Shown: positions 30,700-43,675 of the stretch, piece after piece
How positions within the stretch are numbered: the first letter of the stretch is position 1
Layout: the number at the start of each line of letters is the position of its first letter
NCBI GenBank assembly: GCA_002269645.1
Contig: NIVC01004320.1
Coordinates: forward strand, 1 to 50,659
Source of the DNA: Macrostomum lignano
Taxonomy: Eukaryota
Length of the DNA stretch: 50,659 nt
Reading direction: 5' to 3'
Translations under genes and position numbers: made by a program
The notes under the pieces: model-generated
What the model saw: the letters and a program-made list of their open reading frames with translations, nothing else
Database searches by the model: none
Told to the model about the DNA's origin: nothing

Positions 30700-33600
30700 T
30701 CAGGAGTGGCGGGACGCCCCGCTCGGGTGCTTCCGTCGCTGGTCCTCCTGGGTGACGCGCTGCTGAATGACCCGCTCCGCCTTCAGCACGTTTGCCTGCG
30801 GGTGCGGGGCCTGCAGCTGAAATTCCTGCGCACTGCGCATTGCGATACCAGGGATTCTCACAGGTGAGGGAAAGCCAACCACCGATGTTTCTAACCGGTG
30901 AGGGACATCCACTTACCGGTGTTTCTAACCGGTGAGGGACATCCACTTACCGGTGTTTCTAACCGGTGAGGGACATCCACTTACCGGTGTTTCTAACCGG
31001 TGAGGGACATCCACTTACCGGTGTTTCTAACCGGTGAGGGACATCCACTTACCGGTGTTTCTAACCGGTGAGGGACACCTACTTACCGGTGTTTCTAACC
31101 GGTGAGAAACACCCACCTGCCGGGGTTTCCTACCTGCACAGCGGTGACCGACACCTACCCAACAGGGATTCTGACAAGTGACAGACACACACAGGGATTC
31201 TCACCTGCATGCCGGTGATGGACACACACACAGGGATTCTCACCTGCATGCCGGTGATGGACACACACAGGGATTCTCACCTGCATGCCATTAATGGACA
31301 CACACACAGGGATTCTCACCTGCATGCCGGTGATGGACACACACACAGGGATTACCTGCATGCCGGTGATGGACACACACAGGGATTCTCACCTGCATGC
31401 CATTAATGGACACAACACGGTTGCGCGACTGTGTCTGCGAGTCGCCCCGCTTGGACACTTGGATGCAGGTGTGGGTGGCGGTCTGCAGCTCGGCGATGTC
31501 GCGGCCACCGGGCCCGAGGACGACACCAATCAGAGATTCGGGAACCTCAACGTCCCGCTTGTAGACTCCGCCTGTGGCAGCGGCTGCGGCAGCCGCAGCG
31601 GCAACAGCGGCTCCGTAGTTTTCGTAGGCCGGGCCGCTGGGGAAGATGAAGGCCGCGGCCCCGGGGTCGCCCCCGCCGCCGCCGGGGGTCACCAACTGGC
31701 TGGAGAAATCGTTCGAAGCGGCAACGGCTCCGGCAGCCCCATCGTTTATCGGTGGAGGCGGCGGCGGCGGCGCCTGCAGAGCCGAGAGCGAGCCATGCGG
31801 CAGGCTGTACGAGTTCATCGGCGAGGCCATCAGGGGCGGCATCGGCGTCGAGGGCGTAGAAATCAGTGGCATCTGGCAAAGTCAGGTGGGGTTGGGGAGT
31901 TGGGGATCTGGGAGCGGCATGCAGACTGATTCAGGTTGCAGGGATCTGGGAGCGGCATGCAGACTGATTCAGGTTGCAGGGATCTGGGAGCGGCATGCAG
32001 ACTGATTCAGGTTGCAGGGATCTGGGAGCGGCATGCAGACTGATTCAGGTTGCAGGGATCTGGGAGCGGCATGCAGACTGATTCAGGTTGCAGGGATCTG
32101 GGAGCGGCATGCAGACTGATTCAGGTTGCAGGGATCTGGGAGCGGCATGCAGACTGATTCAGGTTGCAGGGATCTGGGAGCGGCATGCAGACTGATTCAG
32201 GTTGCAGGGATCTGGGAGCGGCATGCAGACTGATTCAGGTTGCAGGGATCTGGGAGAGCGGCATGCAGACTGATTCAGGTTGCAGGGATCTGGGAGCGGC
32301 ATGCAGACTGATTCAGGTTGCAGGGATCTGAGAGCGGCATGCAGACGCGAGAATGAAGTGCGGACACGAAACAATCAAGCAGTGCTCAGACCTGCGCGGG
32401 CACCAGCGACTGCATGTTGAAGAAGCCGTAGTTGGCCAGGGTGGCCATGGCGCCAACGATTTCATCCGAGGCCGCCTCCGAGTAGCCGCTCTGACGCAGG
32501 GAGGCCCGCAGGGCATCGGCCGAGATCTGCGCGAACTGCTGCGCCGAGCTGGCGGAATTCTGCGAGGAGCTCAGGCTGAGCTGCTGCGCCAGGCCGCGCC
32601 CGCCTGTTGGGGCCGCCGTCTGCTGCGGCGAGCCGGGGCCGCCAGACAGCGCGTAGGGGCTGCCGGTGGGGTACGCGCTGGCCACGGGCCCGGAGATGTC
32701 CGAGTAGCTGATGTTCGGACAACTGGCCGACTGCGGGTCCTCGGCGATCTTCGCCACGATCATTGCCGCGGCCGCCCTGTTGGCCTCCGAGTCGCCCGCG
32801 ACGGTGACGCAGCGCTCCGACAGGGCCTGGTCCTTCGGCTTCTGCGACACCTGCACGAATGCGCCGCTGGCGTCCATGATCTCCTTGATAAAGGCGCCCT
32901 TCTTGCCGATGATCATCCCGGCTGTGCTGTTCGGCACCAGGATCTTCAGCTGGAGCAGTCCGGGGGGGGCGGGTCAGACTGGCTGCGGACATGTGTGCCA
33001 GGAAAGGAGGAGGACACAGTCTGGGTGTCAATGAGGGTGGAGGACACAGTCTGGGAGTCAATGAGGGTGGAGGACACAGCCTGGGTGTCAATGAGGGTGG
33101 AGGACACAGCCTGGGAGTCAATGAGGGTGGAGGACACAGCCTGGGTGTCAATGAGGGTGGAGGACACAGTCTGGGTGTCAATGAGGGTGGAGGACACAGC
33201 CTGGGAGTCAATGAGGGTGGAGGACACAGCCTGGGTGTCAATGAGGGTGGAGGACACAGTCTGGGTGTCAATGAGGGTGGAGGACACAGCCTGGGTGTCA
33301 ATGAGGGTGGAGGACACAGCCTGGGTGTCAATGAGGGTGGAGGACACAGCCTGGGTGTCAATGAGGGTGGAGGACACAGCCTGGGTGTCAATGAGGGTGG
33401 AGGACACAGTCTGGGTGTCAATGAGGGTGGAGGACACAGTCTGGGTGTCAATGAGGGTGGAGGACACAGCCTGGGTGTCAATGAGGGTGGAGGACACAGC
33501 CTGGGAGTCAATGAGGGTGGAGGACACAGCCTGGGTGTCAATGAGGGTGGAGGACACAGCCTGGGAGTCAATGAGGGTGGAGGACACAGCCTGGGTGTCA

Positions 33601-35179
33601 ATGAAGGTGGAGGACACAGCCTGGGAGTCAATGAGGGTGGAGGACACAGCCTGGGAGTCAATGAGGGTGGAGGACACAGCCTGGGAGTCAATAAGGGTGG
33701 AGGACACAGCCTGGGTGTCAATGAAGGTGGAGGACACAGCCTGGGTGTCAATGAGGGTGGAGGACACAGCCTGGGTGTCAATGAGGGTGGAGGACACAGC
33801 CTGAGAGTCAATGAGGGTGGAGGACACAGCCTGGGAGTCAATGAGGGTGGAGGACACAGCCTGGGTGTCAATGAGGGTGAAGGACACAGCCTGGGAGTCA
33901 ATGAGGGTGGAGGACACAGCCTGGGAGTCAATGAGGGTGGAGGACACAGCCTGGGTGTCAATGAGGGTGGAGGACACAGCCTGGGTGTCAATGAGGGTGG
34001 AGGACACAGCCTGGGTGTCAATGAGGGTGGAGGACACAGCCTGGGAGTCAATGAGGGTGGAGGACACAGCCTGGGTGTCAATGAGGGTGGAGGACACAGC
34101 CTGGGTGTCAATGAGGGTGGAGGACACAGCCTGGGTGTCAATGAGGGTGGAGGACACAGCCTGAGAGTCAATGAGGGTGGAGGACACAGCCTGGGAGTCA
34201 ATGAGGGTGGAGGACACAGCCTGGGTGTCAATGAGGGTGAAGGACACAGCCTGGGAGTCAATGAGGGTGGAGGACACAGCCTGGGAGTCAATGAGGGTGG
34301 AGGACACAGCCTGGGTGTCAATGAGGGTGGAGGACACAGCCTGGGTGTCAATGAGGGTGGAGGACACAGCCTGGGAGTCAATGAGGGTGGAGGACACAGC
34401 CTGGGTGTCAATGAGGGTGGAGGACACAGCCTGGGTGTCAATGAGGGTGGAGGACACAGCCTGGGTGTCAATGAGGGTGGAGGACACAGCCTGGGAGTCA
34501 ATGAGGGTGGAGGACACAGCCTGGGTGTCAATGAGGGTGGAGGACACACCCTGGGTGTCAATGAGGGTGGAGGACACAGCCTGGGTGTCAATGAGGGTGG
34601 AGGACACAGCCTGGGTGTCAATAAGGGTGGAGGACACAGCCTGGGTGTCAATAAGGGTGGAGGACACAGCCTGGGAGTCAGGCGGGAGTGTATCAGGCAG
34701 CAATCATCTGCCAATATAATCTGCTTGCCTGTTTGTGCCGCTCAACATTGAGTTTGCCGTCCCCAGTCAGCTTGGGATTGGGGTCCGGCTTCTCCAGAAT
34801 CTGCTCCATGATGCAGGTGCAGACTGCGATGATGGAGTCCACCGTGCCCTGGATGAGGCAGACTCGCTCCGTAGTGCCTGGCAGTTGATTTGCATTAAGC
34901 ATAAATGGAGTCTGTCAGTTCGAGCTCCAAACTAGACAGCTCAATCATATTGCTTAACCAAGTATACTTTACTGTAAATAGTACTGTAAGTACTGTGAAA
35001 TACTGTAATTTCCAGGAATCTATAATCCGTCTCACCTGGATAAAAGTCATTGGACTTGGACATCTTTACTTTGGCTCCCTTTTCCTTCTGCAGCTGGGCA
35101 ATGGCCTCGCCACCCTTGCCAATGATGGCGCCAGCAGCAATGGATGGCACCAGAATCTTGAACAGCACATTGTCTGCTG
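30700..35179 (-). CDS. NOVA: Nova/pasilla-family KH-domain RNA-binding splicing regulator (3 KH domains)
   Basis: Exons 35179-35036, 34877-34729, 32949-32392, 31872-31393, 30795-30700. KH1 [18 protein letters not shown]...[21 protein letters not shown]2 [20 protein letters not shown]3 [16 protein letters not shown]...SKRG...RNRVVSING, all characteristic of Nova. Confidence 0.95.
30884..31103. repeat. 34-bp intronic minisatellite carrying CCG|GTAAGT on the Nova sense strand
   Basis: About 6 copies. Confidence 0.88.
31197..31412 (-). repeat. 37-41-bp intronic array, 6 copies of Nova exon end plus donor GGCATGCAG|GTGAGA
   Basis: Direct reading on the minus strand. Confidence 0.9.
31903..32345. 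repeat. 38-bp intronic minisatellite, about 12 copies
   Basis: GGGATCTGGGAGCGGCATGCAGACTGATTCAGGTTGCA unit. Confidence 0.92.
33009..34680. repeat. 30-bp intronic minisatellite, about 56 copies, in the Nova KH1-KH2 intron
   Basis: GGAGGACACAGCCTGGGTGTCAATGAGGGT unit. Confidence 0.96.
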
Positions 35180-36889
35180 CTAAGGGGCAAAGCAGGAGTT
35201 AACTGTGACCATGGAGAAAATTTATTAATGCTAAGTTATTAAAGTAATACAAAGCCAACAGTTTGCATATATCGCCTATTTTTTAAAAATGCTATATTTA
35301 AAAGCAATACAGGTACAAAATGTATTTATATATCTATAGTAAATGAAATACAATACACAAAATTTAATCTCTAGCCACTATTCAGCCAAAACTAGCCAAA
35401 TCAGCTTGTGGCTTATGCCTTTAATTTAGCTAGCAAAAGTACACTTTGAGAATTAGAAATGCATAGGGGGCTATATTTCTGAATTAAAAATTATCTGGCT
35501 AAAAGTTTTTGCACTTTTTATATATTAATATTAGGTATGTGGGAGGCCTCTTTCTATTATTTATTTGTACACAAAAATCTAACTTTCTGTGCTATTTCAA
35601 AGTCTGCATGTTACTAAGAAAAACAATTTGTTTTAATACTCATATTTCTCAAAATATTTTTGCAATTATTTTTTGTTATAAATGACCTGAAATTTTAGTA
35701 TAAATAAGCACAAATTCAGCGAAGGAAAGACCAACTCATATTCACCACAGTTCCTAAGAGAAGAGTTAACAGTGACTAAGAAAGAAGAGTTCCGAGTAAA
35801 TGTATTTGAAGACTGTTTTCAATGTTAATTCATTTTACTAAGAGAAGTGAAGTAGAAGGAAGCGCATACCATATATACTACTAAGAAGCAGAAGTGTTAA
35901 GTAGAAGAATACAAAGTAGATCCTAACAGTACATATAAAGTACTGGAGGCTGTGACCCTCTGATCCTAGTAAATGCCCAAGACTAGAAATATATAAAGTA
36001 CATATACCAGTCGACCATATATACTACTCAGACTAGAATAATATTAAATGCTACCAGAATAACAGTAAGAACACTACCTATGAGAGTTAACTAATATTCA
36101 GAAGAATTCTCAGACAAATACTTAGACCTATGCTTAGATAAGTACTTAGACCTATACTAAGAACTTTTTTCAGACTTATTCTAGGAAAATAAATTCACAA
36201 TAGAGTAGTCTTGGTGGCAGCAATAGAACATTTAAGAGACAGAAGGAAAGCCCTGTATAACTTTGGTGGCAGTTTATGAGATTTCATAGTATACAAGAAA
36301 CATGCCTGTCATAACTTGGTGGCTTAATGGTTGAAATTTTCAAGAAAGAACAATTAGCCCTATAACAGTTAGAACAAAATATATCATTGTTTTTATTCAA
36401 TTTTCTTCATTCCTACTTTTATGGTTTTATGATTTTTATTTTCTTCATAATATTAGCTCTTGTTAGCTCTTGCAATATGTAGGTTTACTTGGAACTAAAA
36501 TGAAAAACTAAAAAATAGATATCCAAAAAGCAATTGCTTGCCAAAAATTTGCAAGTGTAGCTACTTTTAAGCCACAACTAAAATTTAATCATCTTTGGAA
36601 ATCTTCTTTGAATCATTTTTATTAAATATTGTTATAGATTAAATATAGTTATAGATAAAATGATTGAAAAAATGAAAAGAAAAAATGTCAAAGCTATAAA
36701 CTAGATATAGGAACATTTTCTAACTTAGCTATAGCAGCTGCTGAACTGCTAAGTTTAAATTTGTAAATAAAAAAATGATTTTTTTGATTTTTTGTTTCTT
36801 TATTTTTATGTTTGATAATTATTAATAGGCTAAAAAGTTAATAGAGCATACAATATAAAACATAATGCTATATATTAACTAATATTACC

Positions 36890-37878
36890 CCATAGTCCGG
36901 ATCATGCTGGACTTATGCCGGAGGAAAAATCCAACATTTTTTGGCACTTACGCCAGACTTACGCCAACCAAAAAAGGTCCCTCTGACTTACGCCACCCAA
37001 AAAAAGGTCCCTCACAATTCTTGTGAATAGAATAGAATAAAATAGAATAGAGATTTACAATTAATCAGTGATTAATTAGTAGTAGTAGTAAGAATTTGGC
37101 TCAGGCAATTAGCCTGTTTGGCCAATATATTATAGAGCTATGTATTTGGAAAAATTTTCAAAATAGAAGTTTATAAATACGATTTGACGAGTTATTGTAA
37201 AAGATAAAGTATTTGAAAGCGCGCCAGAATTTTTACAGTATTTTTGGACAAAAAGTGACAACTAACAACTAACAACGAGTACAAATATTAATACAAAAAT
37301 GAGTACGAATTATGAGGTATAGCTTTAATTGCGAGATTACTTTGATTACGATAAGTTGCAAATGAAGTTCAAATGAAAAATCCAAAAAAAAACATTTTAA
37401 AAAGATCTAGATTTTTTAAAAATATGAAGGTAGGGGGGTAAGAAGCGGACTGAGTACTTAATCAGTACTTATTAAATTCAGAAGTTGCAACTATTTAAAA
37501 ATCTCACAAGTTGCAAATTCTGAATCAAGAATCAAAGTAAGCATCTTAAAGCTAAAAAAACTTTTGCTATCCTACAATAGATATTCTGCTATCTCATTTA
37601 TATGAAGTGCAATATTTTAATGAACTTTGTTTTAATGCTGCTCTTTAACATCATAATTAACGCAAATGTGTAATGTTCTATAGTGATACATTTGATCGTG
37701 AATGATCTCATTTGTGCCAACATTTACGCCACTTGATTTATGCCATGTACTTACGCCAAGCACTTACGCCAAGGCACATTTTGGCCTATACTTACGCCAA
37801 GCACTTACGCCAGCCTCCGATCCCAAACCAGATTTATGCCGGAGATCTCTAGCGTAAACAACATGATCCGGACTATGG
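36890..37878. mobile_element. Non-autonomous DNA transposon (989 bp), 17-bp TIR CCATAGTCCGGATCATG, 8-bp TSD ATATTACC
   Basis: TIRs 36890-36906 and 37862-37878. TSD 36882-36889 and 37879-37886. Subterminal ACTTACGCCA repeats. Confidence 0.88.
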
Positions 37879-38175
37879 ATATTACCCAGGTGCTAGAGTC
37901 TAGATCATGTCAGACGAGATGCCTTAAGATTTGTGCTATTTATATAGAGGCAATTTGAATAAATATAAGCAAAAAAGCTTATTAAGCAAAATGAAAAATT
38001 ACTTTTAAAATAAAAATAAATAGCATATAAGAATAGCACAGATTTTTTTTAAACATGAGAAGACTGATATTAAGCAGTGCTTAATATTGACTGATATTAA
38101 GCAGTGCTTAATATTTCAACTTTCTACTAGTCAAAGTAAATCTAATTCTATGGCTAAACTGACAATATCCATCCT

Positions 38176-38776
38176 CCATATTGCGGATCATGTTATATGT
38201 ACGCCAGAAAGTATCTGGCTATATAATAAAGTGTATGCCAATAAAGTAAATTGGGTTCTAGTAAATTGTACGCAATTAAAAAATGCATGATTAACAAGCA
38301 CAAAAACTATGAAAGAAGCATGCCGAGGCGCGCATCAAAAAATTACCATAAAAAAGTAAAATTGAAAACGTACATCGTTTAAAAACAAAAATAATTAGTA
38401 AAACAAAGTTTTTACATTTACTACTAGTTAAGGTACATTTTAAAAAAAGAACTTTAATATATTGTGTAAATATTCAATATATTGTCATAACTTAGCGAAG
38501 TAACTTTATTGACTATTCAGCGTAATTTACGTAATGGTGTCGTATATCAATGTTTTTGTATGCTGCGCTGAAAGCTTGAACAAGTATAGTTAAGAATTGT
38601 AAGCAGATGATTGTGCTTGGAGGTTGTATTTCCTCCGGTTACAATAGATGTACGCCAGCCAAAGAATTTGTACGCCAGATGTAAGCCACTTAAAGCATTT
38701 GTACGCTAGATGTACGCCAGCTAAAGCATTTGTATGCCGGAATTTTCTGGCATATACTACACCTTCCGCAATATGG
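38176..38776. mobile_element. Related MITE (601 bp), TIR CCATATTGCGGA, 8-bp TSD TCCAT(C/T)CT
   Basis: TIRs 38176-38187 and 38765-38776. Flanks match 7/8. Internal TGTACGCCAG repeats. Confidence 0.75.
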
Positions 38777-38975
38777 TCCATTCTAGCTAGATATAGTAAG
38801 CATTGCTTACTTTGAGTATTCTCAGAAGGACTCAATCAGCTTACGATCAGCGTAGATGGTCTCAGGTTTAGATTTTATATTTGAACTTACCTATGCATAT
38901 AGAGCATATAGCTTGTATACTATAAGAACTATAACTAGTAAATATTAATAACTAGTAAATAAATAAAATATTTAC

Positions 38976-39018
38976 CTGGTATTCTTCTTACTGTTGTTGG
39001 TTCTCTTTCATTATCCAT
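38976..39018 (-). CDS. Candidate first coding exon of Nova (MDNEREPTTVRRIP)
   Basis: ACAATGG start context and phase-1 donor CCAG|GTAAAT, compatible with the phase-1 acceptor at 35179. No homology support. Confidence 0.4.
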
Positions 39019-42000
39019 TGTTCAAAATGTGACAAAATAACTCCATACTAATAAAAACACATTTTAAGGTAGTATTTTTTAAATTTATAAGAAAAATATT
39101 TTCTAAACACTATAAGATTAAGTCTATGAAGGAGCTGAGAGATCTGACTAGTTTAGTTTCTAATTTATCAATAAAATTAAAAATATGCTAATGTAATGTG
39201 AATGAAACTTGAAAGCCCAAAGACTGAAAAAAAGTAAAGGAATAGGCTTTACTATCAAAGAATAGGATAGATTAAATCTGTTTAATGGAGAAAATTACGT
39301 TCTAAAGGCAAACAAAAAGACAAAAAATCCTTGCGGAGCAAGTGAGTAAACGCAGGCCAGAGAGCAGCTGATTCTTATAAAACCGCAACTCGTAAATAAG
39401 GTGTAAATAGTATAACAAATGTAAGTGACACAATTAAGTTGTCTGCGGCAAAAAAAATTGTTTTTTCTGAGATCCTGTCTATTTGTCATTTTTATAATTA
39501 TTACGTTACTATTGTCTCTGACATATTCCACGATAATTTTTTATTTGAGATTAACTGCGAAGCGATACGCACCCTATACGCCTAGACGCTCTTTCAAATA
39601 CCATATTTAATACAAATTTGTTAATCTCCTATTAATACCTATATACTTATTTTTAGCACCTACGGGATCAATTAAATCGCTATACATCAAGTTCATACAA
39701 TGCTTGTTTTTTAATTCCCTACTTAAATACTTTTTGCTTCCTTAGTCGTTAAAGCTCGTTCGAAGTTTCGTAGAAAACTTTAGGCGCTCTTTCAAATGGG
39801 TATCGGTAATTCACGGCGCGGCCCGGGTATCGGTAATTCGGTTCCTAGTCATTTCGTCATCTGCCATTTTGTCATCTGGGGTGTCTGGGGTGCTCACCTC
39901 GACTAGGGTCAGTTTGTCATCTTAATTAGCATGCACTACCTTAAGAGAGTCATTTCGTCATCCACCAATCATATTAGTTCTAACTTCCATTCCAAGTGAA
40001 TTAATGTGGCAATTAAACATATTTACTAATTTTACTTGGAATCCTAATTATCCCAGTCATTTTGTCATCTCGATTGATAAAACCTGTCGATCGATCGGTT
40101 CTGCTTGCCGCAGCTTATAGTTAATAAAAACAAAAAAATAGCTTTACACTAACTCGCATCTCACACAGATTGATTGGTTGATGACGAAGTATCCAGCATA
40201 ACTAAATATTTGGTCACTTCGTCATAATTTTTAAGCTACTTTGCTTCTGGTCACTTCGTCATCTAATATGACGAAATGGAATATGACCAGTGACTAGTAA
40301 GAATCCAGTCCATTTCGGCGACAAACATTTCAGCAACAGGTCAATTTGATGACAGTTCTTAAATAGTATTTTGAATGTATTCTTATCTCATAGCAACAAA
40401 AAATTCAGAACTTACGCACATTTACAACATTTCTTTAAATGTTGTTGAAACGAATTATAGTTGTAAAACTTTACATTAAACTTTACAAGCTTTGTTAAAA
40501 CTATGTTAAAACAATTTTTAATATAAAACTTAATCAATGCATTGACAGTATAAAACCTAGACACTGATAGATGCTTGGACACCAAAAGTATGGTAAAATG
40601 AATCAATTACAAGAAGAAATTAATGTTCTTAAGAAACGAGAAAAAAGCTTGTAAAGGACTTTAAATGTTAATCCATTTGAATTACAATTTGTGTATGATG
40701 TTTACTCTTCCATGGTCACAGGGGCATTCATGCCATTGCCACTGCATGCAAGCAGCAATGCCTTAAGAGTTCTGGTGCCGGCTTCGTATTCCGCCCAGAG
40801 GAAGATACTTGTAATTTTTCTATTAGGCCTATATTTGTTGCCAAAATGATAGTTGCCAAATTGCCTGTTGATAAAATGGGTGTCGCCAAAATGGATAGGT
40901 TACCACTAGTAATTCATGGCCTAGCCTGTGCCAGGTAGCCCCTATTTAACTGATGTAAATCTATTTTAGTAAATTAGTAAAACAAAAAAATATTGACCAG
41001 AAAGCCATATATTTTTAAAGTCAATTATGGGTTTACTATGTTGTAAAATATTGATTGTCAATTTAATGAATTTCTGATACTCTATTCTTTAAATTAAGTT
41101 AAAAACTAAAGTAACAATGCCGTGGTCCTGGGCTAGGCTGGGCTGCAAAATACCAAGACCTCTTTTAAATACTATATTATTGCAAAGCTCTTGCAATAAT
41201 CTACTCTTAAATTTTAATTAAATACACTGATGTATACTAGCTAAACAGGCTTCTTGCCTAAGCTAAACTTACTACTACTATTACTACTAATACTACTACT
41301 ACTGCTATAACTATAATATTTATGCATTTATATCCTTCTATAGTTGTAGCCCCCTAGGCACTCTTTCTAGTTTCAGATTTCCTAGTTATGATTAACTTGA
41401 CATAATATAGTATAGCTACTACTACAGGCCAGGCATACAGTCTACAATTTTTTATTTGTATATCTGTTATAGAACATAAACCTATGACTATCTATTGCAG
41501 CTATCTATGTAGTGGCTATCTATGTAGTGACCTTATCTACTACCTAGGCTAGGCCTATTCGATCAAATTTCATATATATCATATGATATGAGCATATATA
41601 GGTCTATGCATATTCTAGTCTCTAGTCTAGATGTCAAGGCTTATGGGAGAATACAACAGCTACCAGACAAAGAGTTAGACATTTTGGCAAAAGCTAAATA
41701 TGAGTATGAGATTAAGAATAAGTCTTGATTTAACAAACAATTTATATAATTTTTCATTTATTCCAAAGTTAAAATAGACTATATAAATAAAATCACAAAG
41801 ATGATCATTTTTTACTTAAATACTATAATGAAAATAAAAGTCTGCAGCCATGCACTTCATTAGAACAGTTAGAAAATGTATCAATTTTCAATTCAATAAG
41901 TCAATATAAAATATATTAATATTGTATAATAAAGAGGTTATAAAGTAATTAGACTATTGAAGTATCAAGCAGCAGCTGCTTCTTTATTTTGTTAAAATAA

Positions 42001-42477
42001 TCTACTTTGAAGAATTCTGCAAACTAATTTTTGGACTGTATTATATGGACTTGGACCCAAACCAATATCCAATCTAGAACTTTTTATTGATTTTAATACT
42101 TTAAATTTCAAGTTTGCTTAAAGTCAATAAAATGGATAGCCCATTCCATAAATTAGCAAATATCAAAATGACAATTAGTCCAGGTCCAAGCCTGAGGCCA
42201 TAAATTAGTTATACTGGAAAATTTGCCAAAATGGCCTAACATTGTCTTGAAGTGACTATTGCCAAAACATCTTGTCGCCAAAGTGTCTATCACCAAAATG
42301 TGTTGTCGCCAAGGTTACTGGTAACCATTGCAATGATTTCAGCTTGGGCAAATTGCTGAGAGAACAAGGCTTAAATAGAATTGCTAAGATGGCCAGACTT
42401 AGGCCTTGGGGGATTGCTCATTGTTAAGATAAGATGGCAAGGCTTATGCTTGCCTATGGAGAATTGCTAGGCCTAGG

Positions 42478-42867
42478 CTGGTTTTACAGGCCATATGGGG
42501 TTTTTTGGCCCCTTGAAAATCTCATTAGCAACTGGATTTTTGGTACAAGGTATCAGAGGCCAATCTGGCAACTTCATTTTCCCTGTGCCAGTTGCAAATT
42601 TCAAAGAATGATTTTGTAAGTATAATAAAAGTGCCATATGAATCAATATGATAGAATTGTTATTTTGTTATTGTTTGCAGCATAGATAGCACTCTTAACA
42701 GTTGAAAGAACAAATTTCTGCTTCTCAAATGTAGCCTTGGAAATATCTATCCTCAAGAGTTTTGCTAGTTTCTAGTTGCCAATAAGCAACTAAAAATAGC
42801 CATTGGCAACTGGATTTTAAGCCCCAAGGCCAGCTGGCAATTGTATTTCCAATCTTAAAAAACCTAG
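42478..42867 (+). mobile_element. About 390-bp dispersed repeat/MITE, copy 1
   Basis: Alignable by eye along its length with the reverse complement of 44405-44786. Short CTGGTTTT...AAAAAACCTAG termini. Confidence 0.7.
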
Positions 42868-43439
42868 CTAGGCACCTAAAGTTAAATATATCTAGGCTTA
42901 AGGAAACACTAAAATATCAAGGCTTAAAAAATGGATAAATTGCTAAGAAATCAAAGTTTATAAGGAGAATTGCTAAGATGTCAAACCTAGAGATTGGACA
43001 ATAGGCCTATTGCATTTTTGGGGTTTCTGAGACAGTCTTAAGAATTAACCCTTCAAACTTATGTTGTTAAGACTAGTCTTAATGCTTTTGAGAAATGACT
43101 AACAGAGAATTGAGATTTGATCAAAATTAAGCCTAATTAGTATCTAGTAGGCCTAAACCTATTTTATAATTTACATAATTTTATCAGGTGCTAATGTTGT
43201 AGGGGAGACTTCCTTCTTAATAATATCCCACTGCTATTACCAAAGTTGTGCTAGGCCTTTCAGCTCTCTCTAGAAAATCCCACCACTGAGTCACCAAAGT
43301 TGTGGTAAGGGGTTTTCCTGTACAATATTAGATCCCACTGCTGCCACCAAAGTTGTCATAGGGGAGACTTACTTCTTAATAATATCCCACTGCTATTACC
43401 AAAGTTGTGCTAGGCCTTTCAGCTCTCTCTAGAAAATCC

Positions 43440-43675
43440 CACCACTGCCACCAAGTTGTAACAGGCATTTTGGCTCTCTATAAAATTCCACCGTTATGCC
43501 ACCAAAGTTGTAACAGGCGTTTTGGCTCTCTATAAAATTCCACCGTTATGCCACCAAAGTTGTAACAGGCGTTTTGGCTCTCTATAAAATTCCACCGTTA
43601 TGCCACCAAAGTTGTAACAGGCGTTTTGGCTCTCTATAAAATTCCACCGTTATGCCACCAAAGTTGTAACAGGGC
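43440..43675. repeat. 52-bp tandem repeat (CCACCAAAGTTGTAACAGG...), about 4 copies, within a larger degenerate repeat
   Basis: Direct reading; related reverse-complement motifs occur at about 35945-36330. Confidence 0.8.

Noticed and set aside
32462-34751. 750/585/586-aa repetitive ORFs
   Set aside because: Artefacts of the 30-bp minisatellite inside a Nova intron.
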